Below are positions 37,939 to 51,900 of a stretch of 64,000 nt of DNA, piece by piece. The notes under the pieces are model-generated. The model saw nothing but the letters and a program-made list of their open reading frames with translations, did no database searches and had not been told where the DNA came from. Each line of letters begins with the position of its first letter. Position 1 is the first letter of the stretch. This stretch comes from Tubiluchus corallicola. Taxonomy: Eukaryota; Animalia; Priapulida. The translations under genes and the position numbers were made by a program. The DNA is taken from positions 248,001-312,000 of the forward strand of contig JAQGDQ010000246.1 in NCBI GenBank assembly GCA_030141605.1. Reading direction: 5' to 3'.

Positions 37939-38716
37939 TAACAAGTTCCCGTTAATTAATGAAAAAAATTTGTTTACAAAACTTGATTTTGCGAAATTTA
38001 GTAATAAAAATGTTAATATAGTAGCATCGTATAAAATGATTGGTAAAAATTTCAATTGTTACTTTGAGATATCAATACAATATGGTAATTTATCTGCAAC
38101 TATCTGCAAACTATTTTCAAATTCAGCATCTTTCACCATAAGAGTGAAAAAAGTTATTAATTAAATAAATTAACCTGGTACAACATCGATCACAATAAAA
38201 TTAATCTTAACTATGAAAAGTGAAATTAATAAATCTATGCAACTATCATTATGACATGGCATTTAATCTAACAACATGTGTCAGCCTATGACTTTTGCTT
38301 TTCAATATTTTATTCAGTTATAAACAACTAGAGGCTTAAAAATTATAGTTAAAATTATCATGTATTTAAGTAAAAATTATTATTATGAATAATTAGGTAA
38401 TATAACACTTGTTAACTAATTCAAAGTGAAAGGTTACTGTATGTCATAATTTAGTAAAGCAGATTATTGGAAAGAACATGAAATGTTTCCAGTTTCTAGG
38501 TGCTGCGCATTATTTTCATTGACATAATAATTATCGTAATTATAATAATAAGTCATGAAAACTTTCAGTTCCGTAACTAATTAAAGCACCGGCAAAAAGG
38601 TGGCAGTACAGTCGTCAAGTTAAGCAGCGTCAGCATTATGGCGTTATAGGCTTGTTTGTGCATAACTCAGTTTATCGGGTTTTTGTAATAGATCAGTAGC
38701 AAACATTTCATTTAAA

Positions 38717-41700
38717 ATGCTGATTCCTCAGTTCTTACGTTTCTGTGCCTTAGTAGTAATGTTTTGGTTTAAGTCAATACATGGAAATACTGACTTAGAA
38801 TTTGACGAAGTTACTTGTGGCTCCGTGGTGAAGTTAATGAACACTAACCACAGGTGGGTACTAGGTATTGATCCCCCTTATTGGGCGATCATAAAAAGAC
38901 ACACAGTTAACTTTGTCGGATCTGTTGAAACTGGAATACTTGTCAACAAAACTTGAAAGAGGCAATAAAAAACTACAGTAGGTTAGCTAAGTTATCTAAA
39001 TTTTGCAGAACAAATGGCATTGGGCACTTTGCTGGTGGTAGGGCTATTAACTATGTTCTCTGTTGTGGACGCAGTCAAGCTAACGACCGGTACCAAAGTC
39101 ATTTTTTCTCAAAAGCTGAACTGATACCAAACGGAAAATTCACACACTGATGTAACTTTGTGTCTATAAATTTGTGCTGATAAAATACAAATTTTATTTT
39201 TATAAAAACAGTAAATTTGTTGCAACGGCAGTGAGAAAGGAGTAAAAACACAAAATTTTCTGGGAAACATTTTAAATTATTGTAGCTACGTAACAGGGAT
39301 AAAAAAAATTGGCTGTAACGGTGTCATCTGTCTACTCTAGACTGCACAGTGTATGCAGCAAGTGAAGACGTGATTGACAATTGTAAATGCTGTTTATGAT
39401 TTTCTAGGCATGACAGTAAAAGATAGCAAAACAATTCGCTTAAGTAATTTGAGTACATGCGCTCACTAAAGTTAGTTATGTTTAGTAACTTTAACTACTT
39501 TTTCTGATAAGGTATTTCTGTATTTTATTATTTATATCAGTCAGATATCGTCACAGTACCACGTTTATAGTGCCACCTCATTTAATGCCCAAATTTTTAA
39601 CAAAACAAAATACCTATATTTGCATAGACATGTACATGTTTGCATTAGTGCACCTCGTTATATTGCCAAACACTAAACACCAACAGTTCGGCTATACATA
39701 ATTTTTAAGGCACAGTTTGTGGCAGTAAAACCAAAATTTCAGCACCAGCATAGAATAAATATCGGAAATCAGAATCGAACCAAATACTTTAGTTATTGGT
39801 AACCAAAACTATCAGTTCGGTAACAACCCTGTTATATATGTGCTTGCTTAGCAAAATCACCCACAAGTCGGCAACTAAGCCTTTCTAGTTATTCACATAT
39901 TCTGAATCTCATGAGGATCATTTTTATACCAAACTCAATGCTCTGTTTTATTTCTAAGCTGAGATAATCCTAGTTGAAGTCGAAGTGCACACTGCGCACT
40001 GAAAAACATAACCTTGAGAAAATCACTATCAAAGTTAGCTATTGTTTTTTGTCGCGTTTCTATAAAAGCTTAGCAACCGTATGAAAGGTTGGTTGCTATG
40101 GATTTTGCAAGAACACCCTGAAGTTATGTTTAAATCCAGTAAATGGCACTTCCTGATGAAGAACTGGGCTTGGTGACAAAAAAAACTGGAAGCAAAATTA
40201 CTGCTTCCACGAGCTATTATCAGAGTTTGAATATAAAAGTCCAATATATTTCGCATTTGTTTTGATAAAAACAAAAAATTGACATTTGACCAAATTTTTG
40301 GTGTTTCTGCTTTGAAGCATCATTAACGCAGTTTTAACTATGCTGTCTTATGGACGGTTTTGGTTTGTAAGCACATGTATAGTGACTGCACAAATGATTG
40401 CTTATTTAGTGTGTGTTCTGAAAATAATTTGTTTGTCTTACCCCATCAGCTCAAAAGATGCTAGTAGGGAGGGAGGAAAAATAAACCTGAATCATGGAAT
40501 ATTAAAATCATTAGCAATCAAAGTTTGTTTATTTCCCACTGGTTAGCAGTAATTTTTAAATTTTTTCAATGCACATTTTTTCACGCTTTGTTTTTTAGTT
40601 TCGCTTTACTAAATCATCGTATAATTATCGATTATTGTATAGTCTCTTTTTGGTATCATAACTGTTCTGATAATTATGATATTTACGGCAACACTACTTA
40701 GTCATTAATACACTGATTTGGTAGAAAATTCGATACTTTCTAGCCTCTAAAACAATGAGCATCATACAAAATGGCAACCCTGGCCAAGAGTTAGCCGTGG
40801 AAAAACATGGTCACGTCCTGTGTTCTCTGAAAGAACGGTGTTATACTGCTTATTGCGTTTTACGTTTTAAATTTAAAAAATACGCTTTTATGACCACGTC
40901 AAGTAAGTATTAAAACGTACAAAAATATTAGAAAATTCCCGGCCGAGTGCGCAATAAAAAATATTATCTGGGCGATTAAACGGAAACAGAAGTATTTTTA
41001 TTATTGGCCCTATTGTTTATAACACACATTGGACATGGCTCATGCTAATGCAGGATGCAAATTTAATATTTATCGTGCACTTTCATTTAGGAGTTATATA
41101 ATTGTACTAGTGCTGCCACCTATACTTCAATTTCTTTATTATTATCTGGAAGATTTGCTTTAATTTTTTTATTTAACGATATTGTTTATAATCTATCCTA
41201 ACTTTAGTTTTGTTGCCACCAGTTAAAAAATTGGGAAGAGGTGTTGAATGACAATTTAATCGATTCTTTGTCAAGTCTTCCAAGCACTAATTTATATAGG
41301 CCAGCCTGCATACATATTCAAAAAACAAGAGATCAAGTTTATGTCAGCAAGTCTTATACGAATACAGGTCTGACTGGAGCTGTGCATTTTGGTTTTGCAG
41401 AGCTAGGTTGCATTCTCATGATGTAAAGTATGGTTCGGGAAGTCAGCAACAGTCAGTAACAGCTGTTGATAATAGTGATGACCACAATAGTCATTGGCAA
41501 ATCATTGGTCCGCATAATTCGCATTGCAGTCGTGGTGAGCCAGTGAAGTGTGGAGATTCTATACGCTTATTACATGTAGCAACTGGTATGTTTAATTAAT
41601 GTAACCTATTTACAGATTATTAACATTTGTTGCATTGTTATTATTTAAAAGAAACATAAGTGGTGAATTGACATACTTTTGAAAATTGCTAACCAATGTC

Positions 41701-42424
41701 ATTATAACTCTGACTATTTGGATGTGAGAAATATTGAGAATTACAACTAACAATGGATCAGGATCTAGTGAGTGTGTAGGATACAGCAATAAAATGACAC
41801 AACAGTAATGTAATGTTAAATTTCCTTATCCTAACTTGTGTATACTTTGTTAATTTTCTTTTGAACATTCTTTTTTGCAGTTATCTTGCATATTTAGTCA
41901 CACAATGCATGGAATAACTGTGGACACGGGGCAGTTTATTTGCACTGGGTTTAAGGGCATAATTGTGCCCGTTACTTCGAAACGTCAATATGTACATTGT
42001 TTCACACAAGTAAGATATTCCAATCAGCCAGATATCTAAACTAAGTGTGAATAAATTATTTTAGCTGAGCACTTAAGTAAAATTATGTTTATTATCTGTA
42101 GGTAAATATCTTCATAGTCATTTCTTCTCTTCTCCTCTTTCGCACAATTTGGAAGTGAGCTGCTTTGGTGAAGATGGCAAAGGTGACACAGGCGACAACT
42201 GGGTGGTAGTTTGTAATGGAGACACCTGGCAGCGCGATGAAACTGTGAGATTTCGACATAAGGACACAGATGCCTTCCTACACATAACGGGTGATACATT
42301 TGGCCGACCAATCCATGGTCAGAAGGAAGTGTGTGGCTATGCTAATCCGCACCCATCTAACTACTGGAGGACCGTGGAGGGAGTTTATATGATGCCAAAA
42401 AATTCTGACACCAGTGGATTGTAA
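38717..42424 (+). CDS. SDF2: Stromal cell-derived factor 2 / SDF2L1 homolog (MIR-domain ER protein), 214 aa; exons 38717-38853, 41401-41585, 42102-42424
   Basis: Signal peptide; VTCGSVVKL, RLHSHDVKYGSGSQQQSVTAV, CSRGEPVKCG..IRLLH, LHSHFFSSPLS..EVSCFGEDGKGDTGDNW, FGRPIHGQKEV; phases consistent (645 nt). Confidence 0.96.
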
Positions 42425-42984
42425 AGACTGGTCTGCCCGAGCATCTCTTGTGATTGGCAAAACAGGAGATAGCATCTTGCTGTTTACAACAGACCGTGAT
42501 GTAGAAACTTACTAGATCTGTGATTGTTTTGTTGTTGTTCTTTGTTAATTGTAAAGCTTGGAATGGGATTGGACATTTTCTACTTTTGCATTTAATAGAA
42601 ATGTTTTATTATTTACAGAATTGAAGTGGACTTGTATACTTTGAAATGTAGTGTGTTTCCAAGACCAATACAGGAGAGATTTTAAAAAACTTGTCATACT
42701 AAAATAATCAGCTACAGTTTGGATATTACTTTCCAAGAGTTTATTTGACATAACTTAATTAAACATAATTAAAATTTTATCTGAAACGTAATTGTAATTA
42801 CAACACAATGTGATATATCATTACAGTCGTTCAAAGTACAAAAACAGGAAATGTTCTCAATACAAATAAGGCAAAAACAGGAGCTGCAATACAACAAACT
42901 TTACACCACCATTGTTTGTCCATTTACCTGCATCCTATAAACATACACTCATACTATGATTTGTCATTGTGTGGTTGTTTGATT

Positions 42985-45900
42985 TCATCTGCATGCCCGG
43001 CGCCGTGGTTTCCCAGTATTTTGACTTGAACTGAAGAAACAAACCAGCATGAAAACACACTTAAAAGGTCAAATTCATTGCAATGCATGTATGAAAATGT
43101 AAATGTCTAACTGATTGTGAATTCAATTTCATTTCATGTGTTTCTTTATACAAACACACTGCCAACTGCCAATCTGTTTGCTATATCAAAAGTTACTTTA
43201 CATTGTAAATTAACTGTACTGTTATAACTGTAATGCCAGCTGTTGCTTAATATGCAGTGATTTTCTACTTCAAAAATGTTTTAACATTGTTAAAAATAAT
43301 CAATTACTAGGCATTAACAGACATTACTAGGTATAACAATTAAGTAAAAAATAACATACTGCGTAAGTGTCATATGGCAACATAACAAAGAAGTGAGAAT
43401 TTTTTATACAGTGTTAATAAGTAAGCACTGTTTCTCTAGCACTTCTTGGCTCGAAGTTAATGTGAAGCAAGACAAATGTTTTTTAAGGTAAATACTTAAC
43501 CTTTGCAGCCAAATACACCACCACAGCAAATAAAAAAAATTTAAAACTTTATTGTTAATCCAATTATTTAAGTCTTTCAATTGTTGATACAGAAATTGTA
43601 ACTAACCTGTCACACATTAAGATAACTAAAGATTCCAATTTAAATTCCTTACTGACAATACCATACTAACATTACACTCAAATTTAACCTTTTGTCAACA
43701 ATAAATATAGAACTTTGGCTAATAAAATTCAAAATTCAAGATTGAACTTGCATATTTAAAAAAAACTTAAAAAGTGAGTACATTATTTGTCTATTTGCCT
43801 GTGTAATAACTACAAATCTTATAGTGGATGTAAATTACCTGCTCCGAGTGGGTTCACATTCTTTGGTTAAGCTAGCCTTACTTTCAGCTGTCTCAAAAAC
43901 AAGAAAAATTTTTCTCCGGCTCAGATATGTGTAAACAAGGAACAGCATCACACCAAGAATAAATGCTCCAACAGTAGCACCCATAATGACATAGTCTTGT
44001 TCAGCCTGACCTCCTATAACCGAAACTGCAAACCTTGTCTCCAAAATGCAAAAGCTACAAAATTAGAAAAAAGAATCATTAATGCAGTTAATACTAAACT
44101 ATAAAACAGCAAGTACATCTGAAGTCTGAAAAACAATATAGCATATGAGTGACTGTATAAGACGCCCTGGCTTTTTCAATACAGGTTTGTGGATATGAGG
44201 GTGAGTGGATACACGCACGCTTTCATGCGAATGGCATGTGTTCAATATTAGTTCCACCTGGGCAGTCTCATTTGTAAACCTTGCCTATTTGCTTGATAGA
44301 GAGAAGAAGTATATCCATCTGAACATGGTTGAGATTTTTCTGCCAATTCAGCGGCTCATCTTAGAGGGATATCCTTGATAGTGATCCAGGTTCCCGTCAT
44401 GCCAAAAACATTTGCTGAGTAGACCCTGATGTTGACGCAGGTTTAAAGTGTGCAGAAGCTAAGTATTATAAGAAACACAGTTTAATTGAGAGTTGACTAG
44501 AAATGCCACTTTAACAAACTCACACATACCTGTAATTTGGATCAATAATCCTTGCTCTAAATACGTGAATTGTATTCTTATAGTAATTCCAAATGATCGA
44601 AACTTTCATTGACGAATTTAAAATTTCGTGAGGTTGACTGTGGTCAAAATCACCAGGTGCCCAGTTAAAGCAGGATTTGTAAGTCTACAGACAGAAAAAA
44701 CATTGGCAGTTGCCAACAATATAGGTGTAAATACTGGAATATTACATGTATCATGAATATGTGTTTAGATGCCAAATGAAGACAGTGAATTGAGCACTTA
44801 CACCATTCACAGCCAAATGGTCTAAATGGTAACATACTCGACTGATTTGTATTCCAAAGTTCGTGGTTTTAATTTATAATTGAAATGAAAGTTGTCATTA
44901 CACAATTTCAAGAGTTTATAAAAAATAATACAACATGTATATTACAAAAGCAGATATTTCGCCATAAAGTTAAAAAGTTAGAACAAAAATACAAATGGTT
45001 TTTTTGTGTCTTACACAAACATGTAAAAGCATAAAAAACAGAACATACAAATTTTCATGATATCACAGAACCATGCAAGTGACAATTGAGATGAATGGGC
45101 AACGGACTAACTTAATGTGATAGCCTAGAAGTCACAAAGCCAGTGTAACAGTAGTTATCGGCATCGAGAAATAATCCCATATTATCCAATGGTCAAGATG
45201 AGATCCAGGCCAGTGCAACTAATGAAATCCATGCGTAACATACCTATCTGTTATTATCACTTATATAATAGGAATTCAGTACTCGCTGCGAATTACATGT
45301 ACTATAAAATAATGCATACAGCTCTTATTTGAAAATGACTGACTCATTCTTGCCATTAAATGGCAACATGCAAGTGATATGCTATTGTATATGTAAGGAA
45401 TACTTACACTTGGCATTCTAGCATTGTACACTTCTGAGATGTTATCAACTGTCCTCGCTGTTTGAGCCCAGGTTTGCCCTTCGCTTATGCAACCCACATC
45501 ACGCATAGTAGCATTGTACTTGAAATCCGAGCGATCAAGCACATCCCACAAAACAAAATCTGCAGAGACTTTTTTTACAAAGTCATCACCGTCGTACCTA
45601 TTAACAGTATTTAAATACAAATTAGCCAGTTAGAACAAGTATTAACACAAGTAAGGATTGTGTTAATTAAACTTAAGTGTTGCTACTTGGAGATTACAAA
45701 AAAATGCCAAACAAAACAGGTTATCAATATTTTCATAAACCAATCAAAAAAAGTATACACTATACACATATTATTAGTATCCAGATGACAGTTTTTGCTA
45801 TTACACATTTGTCATACAGAGTAAAGTTTAAGCAGAAAGTTTCACATCTTACAATGTATAAAATTTGTACTTACAAATCAAATTCTGGAACATAAAGCTC

Positions 45901-48900
45901 ATATATGTTAGCCTTCAATGGACAACCTAGAGCGTCCCAATCATAATCAAAGTAGACATTGCGTAAGGAATTCTGATACTTTTCGTGATACCAGGGCAGA
46001 AACTTTGCACCAACTGTGAAGTTGGTGATCTTTTCACAATTTTCATCGTCTGGATTTCTAAACAAGTAGGCACAATAAAGAAATAATAATGTGGAATGCT
46101 TACTAGTGTATTTAGTATAAACTAGTAGGGTTTATACATGTACTACAAGAAATCTATATATTTAAGAAATAAATAAAAAGTAGATTTAAAAATATGTTGA
46201 AGTGTGCAGTTCTACAAATTATTTTTACAACTCATTCATAGGCGTATTTATTAGGATAAATCTGTTTAGCTGGTAACCATACAACACTACTAGAAAATTC
46301 CAGTCGTGTTTCTGAGTAGCAGTCATATAAATATTAGAACCTTAGCTCTACAAAAATAATACTTAGTAAATTATTGTGCCATTGAATCAAATACAACAAA
46401 ATGCAGAGCGTACAGATATTCATTTAAAAGAAAGTTATAAGCCAATAATATTTCTAGGGCACAATCCCTTTATCAAGTTAACAGACGTGAACTACAGACA
46501 TCTTCATCATCAGACTATATTAACTAATAGCATATCAAATTTAACGCACTTGTTTGAAAATGTCTTTTGTGGCTTCTAAGTCTTAATTCCTTAATACGTT
46601 AGTGGCATTTTGTTTTAATGCATGGAGCTATATAGCCATTCTAAATATACAGTTACTTTATAGATCTGTTATACCTGTGAACTTTGATCTGTCGTCCAGG
46701 TGGACACCCTACTGATATCTGTGACACCTGCAGAGAAATTTATAACAATTAGCAGATGCCCGGAAATATTTTAGAGAACGATTGTGTCAAATATACGCAT
46801 AAAATAGAAGACAAAATGTTACATGTTGCAGCTAAAACGTTTGCAAGTACATAGAAACAAATAATATTAAATAGGCTAATGTGCCACTGCAGTAGGAAAT
46901 GGTGTTTAAATTGTCAAGTAATTGAAAGTATATTTACAATTTCAAAACAACACAGTCTTGATTGCGCAAAGCCACTATGGCACAATTATGTAACAGATAA
47001 TTCATTGTAAGTCCCCTGACATTTATGTTTTATTATAAGTCCTCTTCAACAATAATAATAGCTTCAACAACATTAACTATACCACATGAAGAGGATGTTG
47101 GCAATCAAAATGCAAGCGCTTGGGTCTCAATTCCATAGTTGCAACACCGATACTGTCTGTCTTCCACTCAGTATAATTCTCCTCAGTTACACCAGTATAC
47201 TTGTAGTCTGCGTAAAATTGTAATGTCTGAAATTCAAGCAGAGATTGTGAAAAGTTTAAAACAACATGATTCTTCAAGTTAATGAATGTATAAATAGTAA
47301 AAGGGCATTCTTTGTAGTTAGTTAACGAAAACTAGTTATCATTACAGTTCAGCAGACACTATTCGTTTATTTGCATATGAACACCTCATTTTTATTTTCA
47401 GCCAGCCAAATATTCTCACAATATAAGAATTTGCCCAAATATTCTCAAAATAATTGGAAAACAAAAAAATAACACTAAAATGCTCAAGACAAACCGTTTT
47501 TGAAGTACCAAATCCTATCATTTACATCAGCCTTTGATTAAGTCCTTTTTATCTGTCACAATGGCCAATTTTACATGGAGTGCTATCTTACAAATATAAA
47601 CTACAGGATGCTATTTCAGAAATATTTTATTTTTGCTATAAGCAATTGTGGCCTGATAATTTATTATAAATCAAGTAAATAATTACTGTAACTGATCTAA
47701 CTTTAGAAGATAATTAAGTGCATTCCGGTAGAGATTCTAATTAATGTGAAGTTAACACGTCTCACTAATTAGATTTATTTAAATTTTACTCTAACTTTTG
47801 ATCTCATCATTCCTATTTAAAATGACACAACACTGGCATTGTAAAAACTTATGTTACCTTGTTAACCGCTACAGTATCTCTACCTCCCAGAATGCTAATT
47901 ATTTCTTCTTTTGATTTTATGCCATCATCTGTTTCTTCCTCATCTACTACATCTCTAAAGCTTTCTATCATATCAATCATGATCTGTTAAAATGCAAATT
48001 GCCAGTGTAGTAACATGACAACCATGGTCTAAGCATAGCATGCAATGTAACATGGTCTAAGTATAGCATGCCAAAATGAAGCAACCTAAAAGCAAGAGTT
48101 GTTTCTCTAAATTTTATCTTTAACTACAACAGACCATGTTATATATTGAAAAATGGAAACACATTTTAGATTTACATATCATTCTTAGAAAATACTAAAA
48201 AACATTCAAAACTATATCATAATTATAATTCCACTACAGAATTTTTGGGGATAAACCATATCTCTAAAGTATATAGTAACTTTGATTAAGCGTCTTTAGT
48301 ACTAAACATTTTAAAGCTGACAAAATAAATAATGTGTGGCATTGGCACCCCTTCATATTATGCCATGTACTAGAAGTTGCTTGCCAGCATCATGTGAGCA
48401 GTACTGTGTGACTTATTGAATACTTAGTCTTTCTTAGCCAGATACTGAAGCTGTGATACTAGGCACTACTGTAAATAGTTGCACAGCAGATGATAGCAAT
48501 CTTGTAATTACACTGGTGGATTTAGTTACTGCGTCTATATACCACAATGGTGCAGAAAATCTCAATTTCAAACAGCTAGTGACGAACTTTTTAGCAAAAA
48601 AGGCATAAAAGCCAAATTTGAATACGTGAGCAGATAAAAAAGCAATGCCAAAAGCAATACTTACACAATTACAGAACAGTTCAGTTCGACCGCTGCTTAA
48701 ACTCCCTTTATTTGCATTTCCAAATAATGGTGTACATCAAACTAATTTGTGTTAATTTTTCCTTATTGCTTGGTTATTAGCCATTCTATGCTTATAGACT
48801 TATCACACAAGTTATTTTCTCGTATAAGGCATGCTTATTGTTTCTCTGATGTTCTTCAAAAGTTAAAAATTAGGCACTTATTAATGCCTCGAAATAAACT

Positions 48901-51900
48901 ACATAATATGTGAAGGCATTCTACCTAACTGTTTCTACCTAATTAGGACACAACTTTCTTAGCTAGAGAAAATCTCACAGGAAGACAGAACAGTGCAAAT
49001 GACTGTCTTGCAAATAATATGGCAATACAGTGTATATATGAAGATTAGTTCATTTGCTGTCAGTGTAAGGCACAAACTTGCAACAAGAAACACATGTATT
49101 TTTGCCCCAGATGTTAAAATTAAAAGTTATAAATAGGAGAACTTTTGTTTCATAGATGGAATATCGTACCTACAAACTTATGTCACACTTAACTGAAAAA
49201 TCCCTGATGAAAAGTGCGCAATATGTTACCAACAACTTGTGCTGTGCTTTGTTCATCGATTATTTCACTGGTTACTCATATGGGAAATGCAATTTTATCA
49301 GTCAGAAGCTGTCTTGGGTGGATAGTTTTAACACCCTGTGCAAATAAACAAGGACAAAAATTTTGCCAAACCCAGTAGTTTAATGAAACTCTATCTAATA
49401 TCAGGTTCAAAAAAAGGAAACAAAAAAAACAGTTTTTTCAGATAACTTATAGACCCATACATCCCCTACTGCACTTGTACTTTTCCAAAAATTCATGTTA
49501 CATTAAAAACTTTATCAATAAATTAACCACTGCAAATTATAAATGGTTACGATTTATATCACTCTCAACTAAGATGTTAACGATAACGATAATTATCGTA
49601 TCGATACAAAATTGATATTATTCTATTAACATCATTATTATATCGAATTTAGTGTGTATCGCTACATATCACTCACCATTATAAAATCATTTCACTTTGC
49701 TTTATTATTTACGCACAAGAATCACCCCAAAAAAATTGAAGAGTTAGGTTGTTTGAATAATCTTCTTGCTCTTTCTTCCTACAATAGCGGCTGTCTTAAG
49801 TCGGTTTACTGACACAGGAATATATCTTCAATATATTTATCTGTCACAGCTCATATTATTTTATGACTAAACAAACAAGAGAACTTTGTCATAACTTACA
49901 TGTATCAATACATTAATCGGGAAACAGCCTGAAAAAATAGGGTGTTGCAATACGCTGAGACACCTTGCACTATAACTAGCCACGCGTTCAGTATCATTTT
50001 TATCGTTAGAAATAATTTACAGTATCATATCATTATCGTATACGTTTAACATCCCTACAGTACAACATTAAGCAGGTAATTATTTCAATGCAATCAAAAA
50101 AGATTCACAAGCCAGCTTTATATTCTTACCAAAACCTCTTGATGATGCAAATAAGCATACACTATTTCAGTCCAAAACATGATATTTTCTCCTAAATCAA
50201 GATAGTATATCGCTGCTTCTACATTGTGTGTGAAACTGTAATACTGCAAAGATAAAGAGCATCACAGTCAATAAGTTTAACACACAGTATAATGCAAAAT
50301 CAATGAAATGAGTACTTTTTCAAAGCCAAGGTTTGGGGAAAAAGATGACCTAAATGCGAAACTAGACTGAAATCAAACGTTAAAGGTAAAAGTATTTCAA
50401 AGATCAACACTACTTGCTTAAATTTCTTAACAGTCACTTCCATGTCTAATAATCAGCTTTCTTGGCAGCAAGCTGTGAGTGGTAAGTAACCTTTTAAGAT
50501 GTACAATAAAATTCTATGATATTGCCCTTTAAGTGTAATAACATTGTTCATGCTCAGGCTGATCATAGTAGTAAAGTGTTTGAAAAGTCATTATCTAATT
50601 CAACTTACTGGACACCTATACAGTGGGTAATAGGCACTATTAATTTCATTCTTCACAGGAAAATTCAAGACTATTGCTTTATCATCTTCACCAATAGTGA
50701 CAATAACCGGCTCAGAAGTGGCAGTTGGCATTAGTGCTATACTGCTAGCATTGCCATATGTGGGATAACCAGTTTCAATCTAATAACACAAAAAAAATTT
50801 CAAAATACACCGTTATCAAACTTTTCAGCTGCTTTTCAGCATCTAAACATCATTATGTTTAGATTAGCAATAATTTATGGGTATTCATTTCATTTAGAAC
50901 TCGTAAAGCACCTTAACGAGCCTTAATGAACAATATTGTATTATTTCGTAAAACATTTTCTCGCTTAATCGATGACAGTGATATTTCAGTTTGGAGGACT
51001 TATTTCCTTCTGCACAGCTATTTTTTGGTTTTAACAAACATTAAGGGAAAAAAACAAGAAAGTTTAACTTTGCAAGAAACATTTTCTACATGAATATCAA
51101 TGAGCACAAAATAATGACAAAGTGGCAAAACACAAAGCTGAACAACAAGGCACTCATAAATTAGTGCCAATAAAACTATTTAATGAATTGAAATCTGGTT
51201 CTCAAGAGCCCTACACATAGATTCCTTCACCCGAGCAATAATTTAATTATACAATGTAAAAACACAACTAACTATAACGAATGGCATCTGATGCAATGCA
51301 CGTTCGTGTCTTGTTGTATTTTTGTATTCAGCTTCACGAAAGGAATTGCCGTAAACTACGCTGTTGTTTGCCAGTAGCGCAAAGAAACTTCCACTTTCAC
51401 CTGACAATCAAAACATCCAAAAACTAATGAACTATTCCACTTATATGCCAATTATATCGTAAATAAAAACTTCTAAATAGTATGGCAGAAAATTGGGTGC
51501 ACATCTGCTTTTTTAGCAAATTGTTAGCAAGCCTTTTTAAAATTCTATATTAGTCATCTTGCTGAAAAGTAAAATAATGCCTATGAAATAACTGTACGTT
51601 GTTTTAAGTCAATGCCGTGCACAAAACAATGATAATGTTATTTCTAAAAGCATCATGAAATAGAACTTACACACAAATACATCAAGCAGTACGAATAAAC
51701 TTACATAAAAAATATATATGCTAAATCTACAATGTTTTAAACGATTCAATAGAATACCTGAAAGCACTTGAACAATGGCTGAGTCGGTCTCATTTGTCAA
51801 ATAGGACAGTTTTTTTTCCTTTTTACCCTCTAAAGCAAAACAAAACATAGTTAGAAATCAAAAGTTCTTGCAATTTCCTTATATTATACTGATTAAAAAA

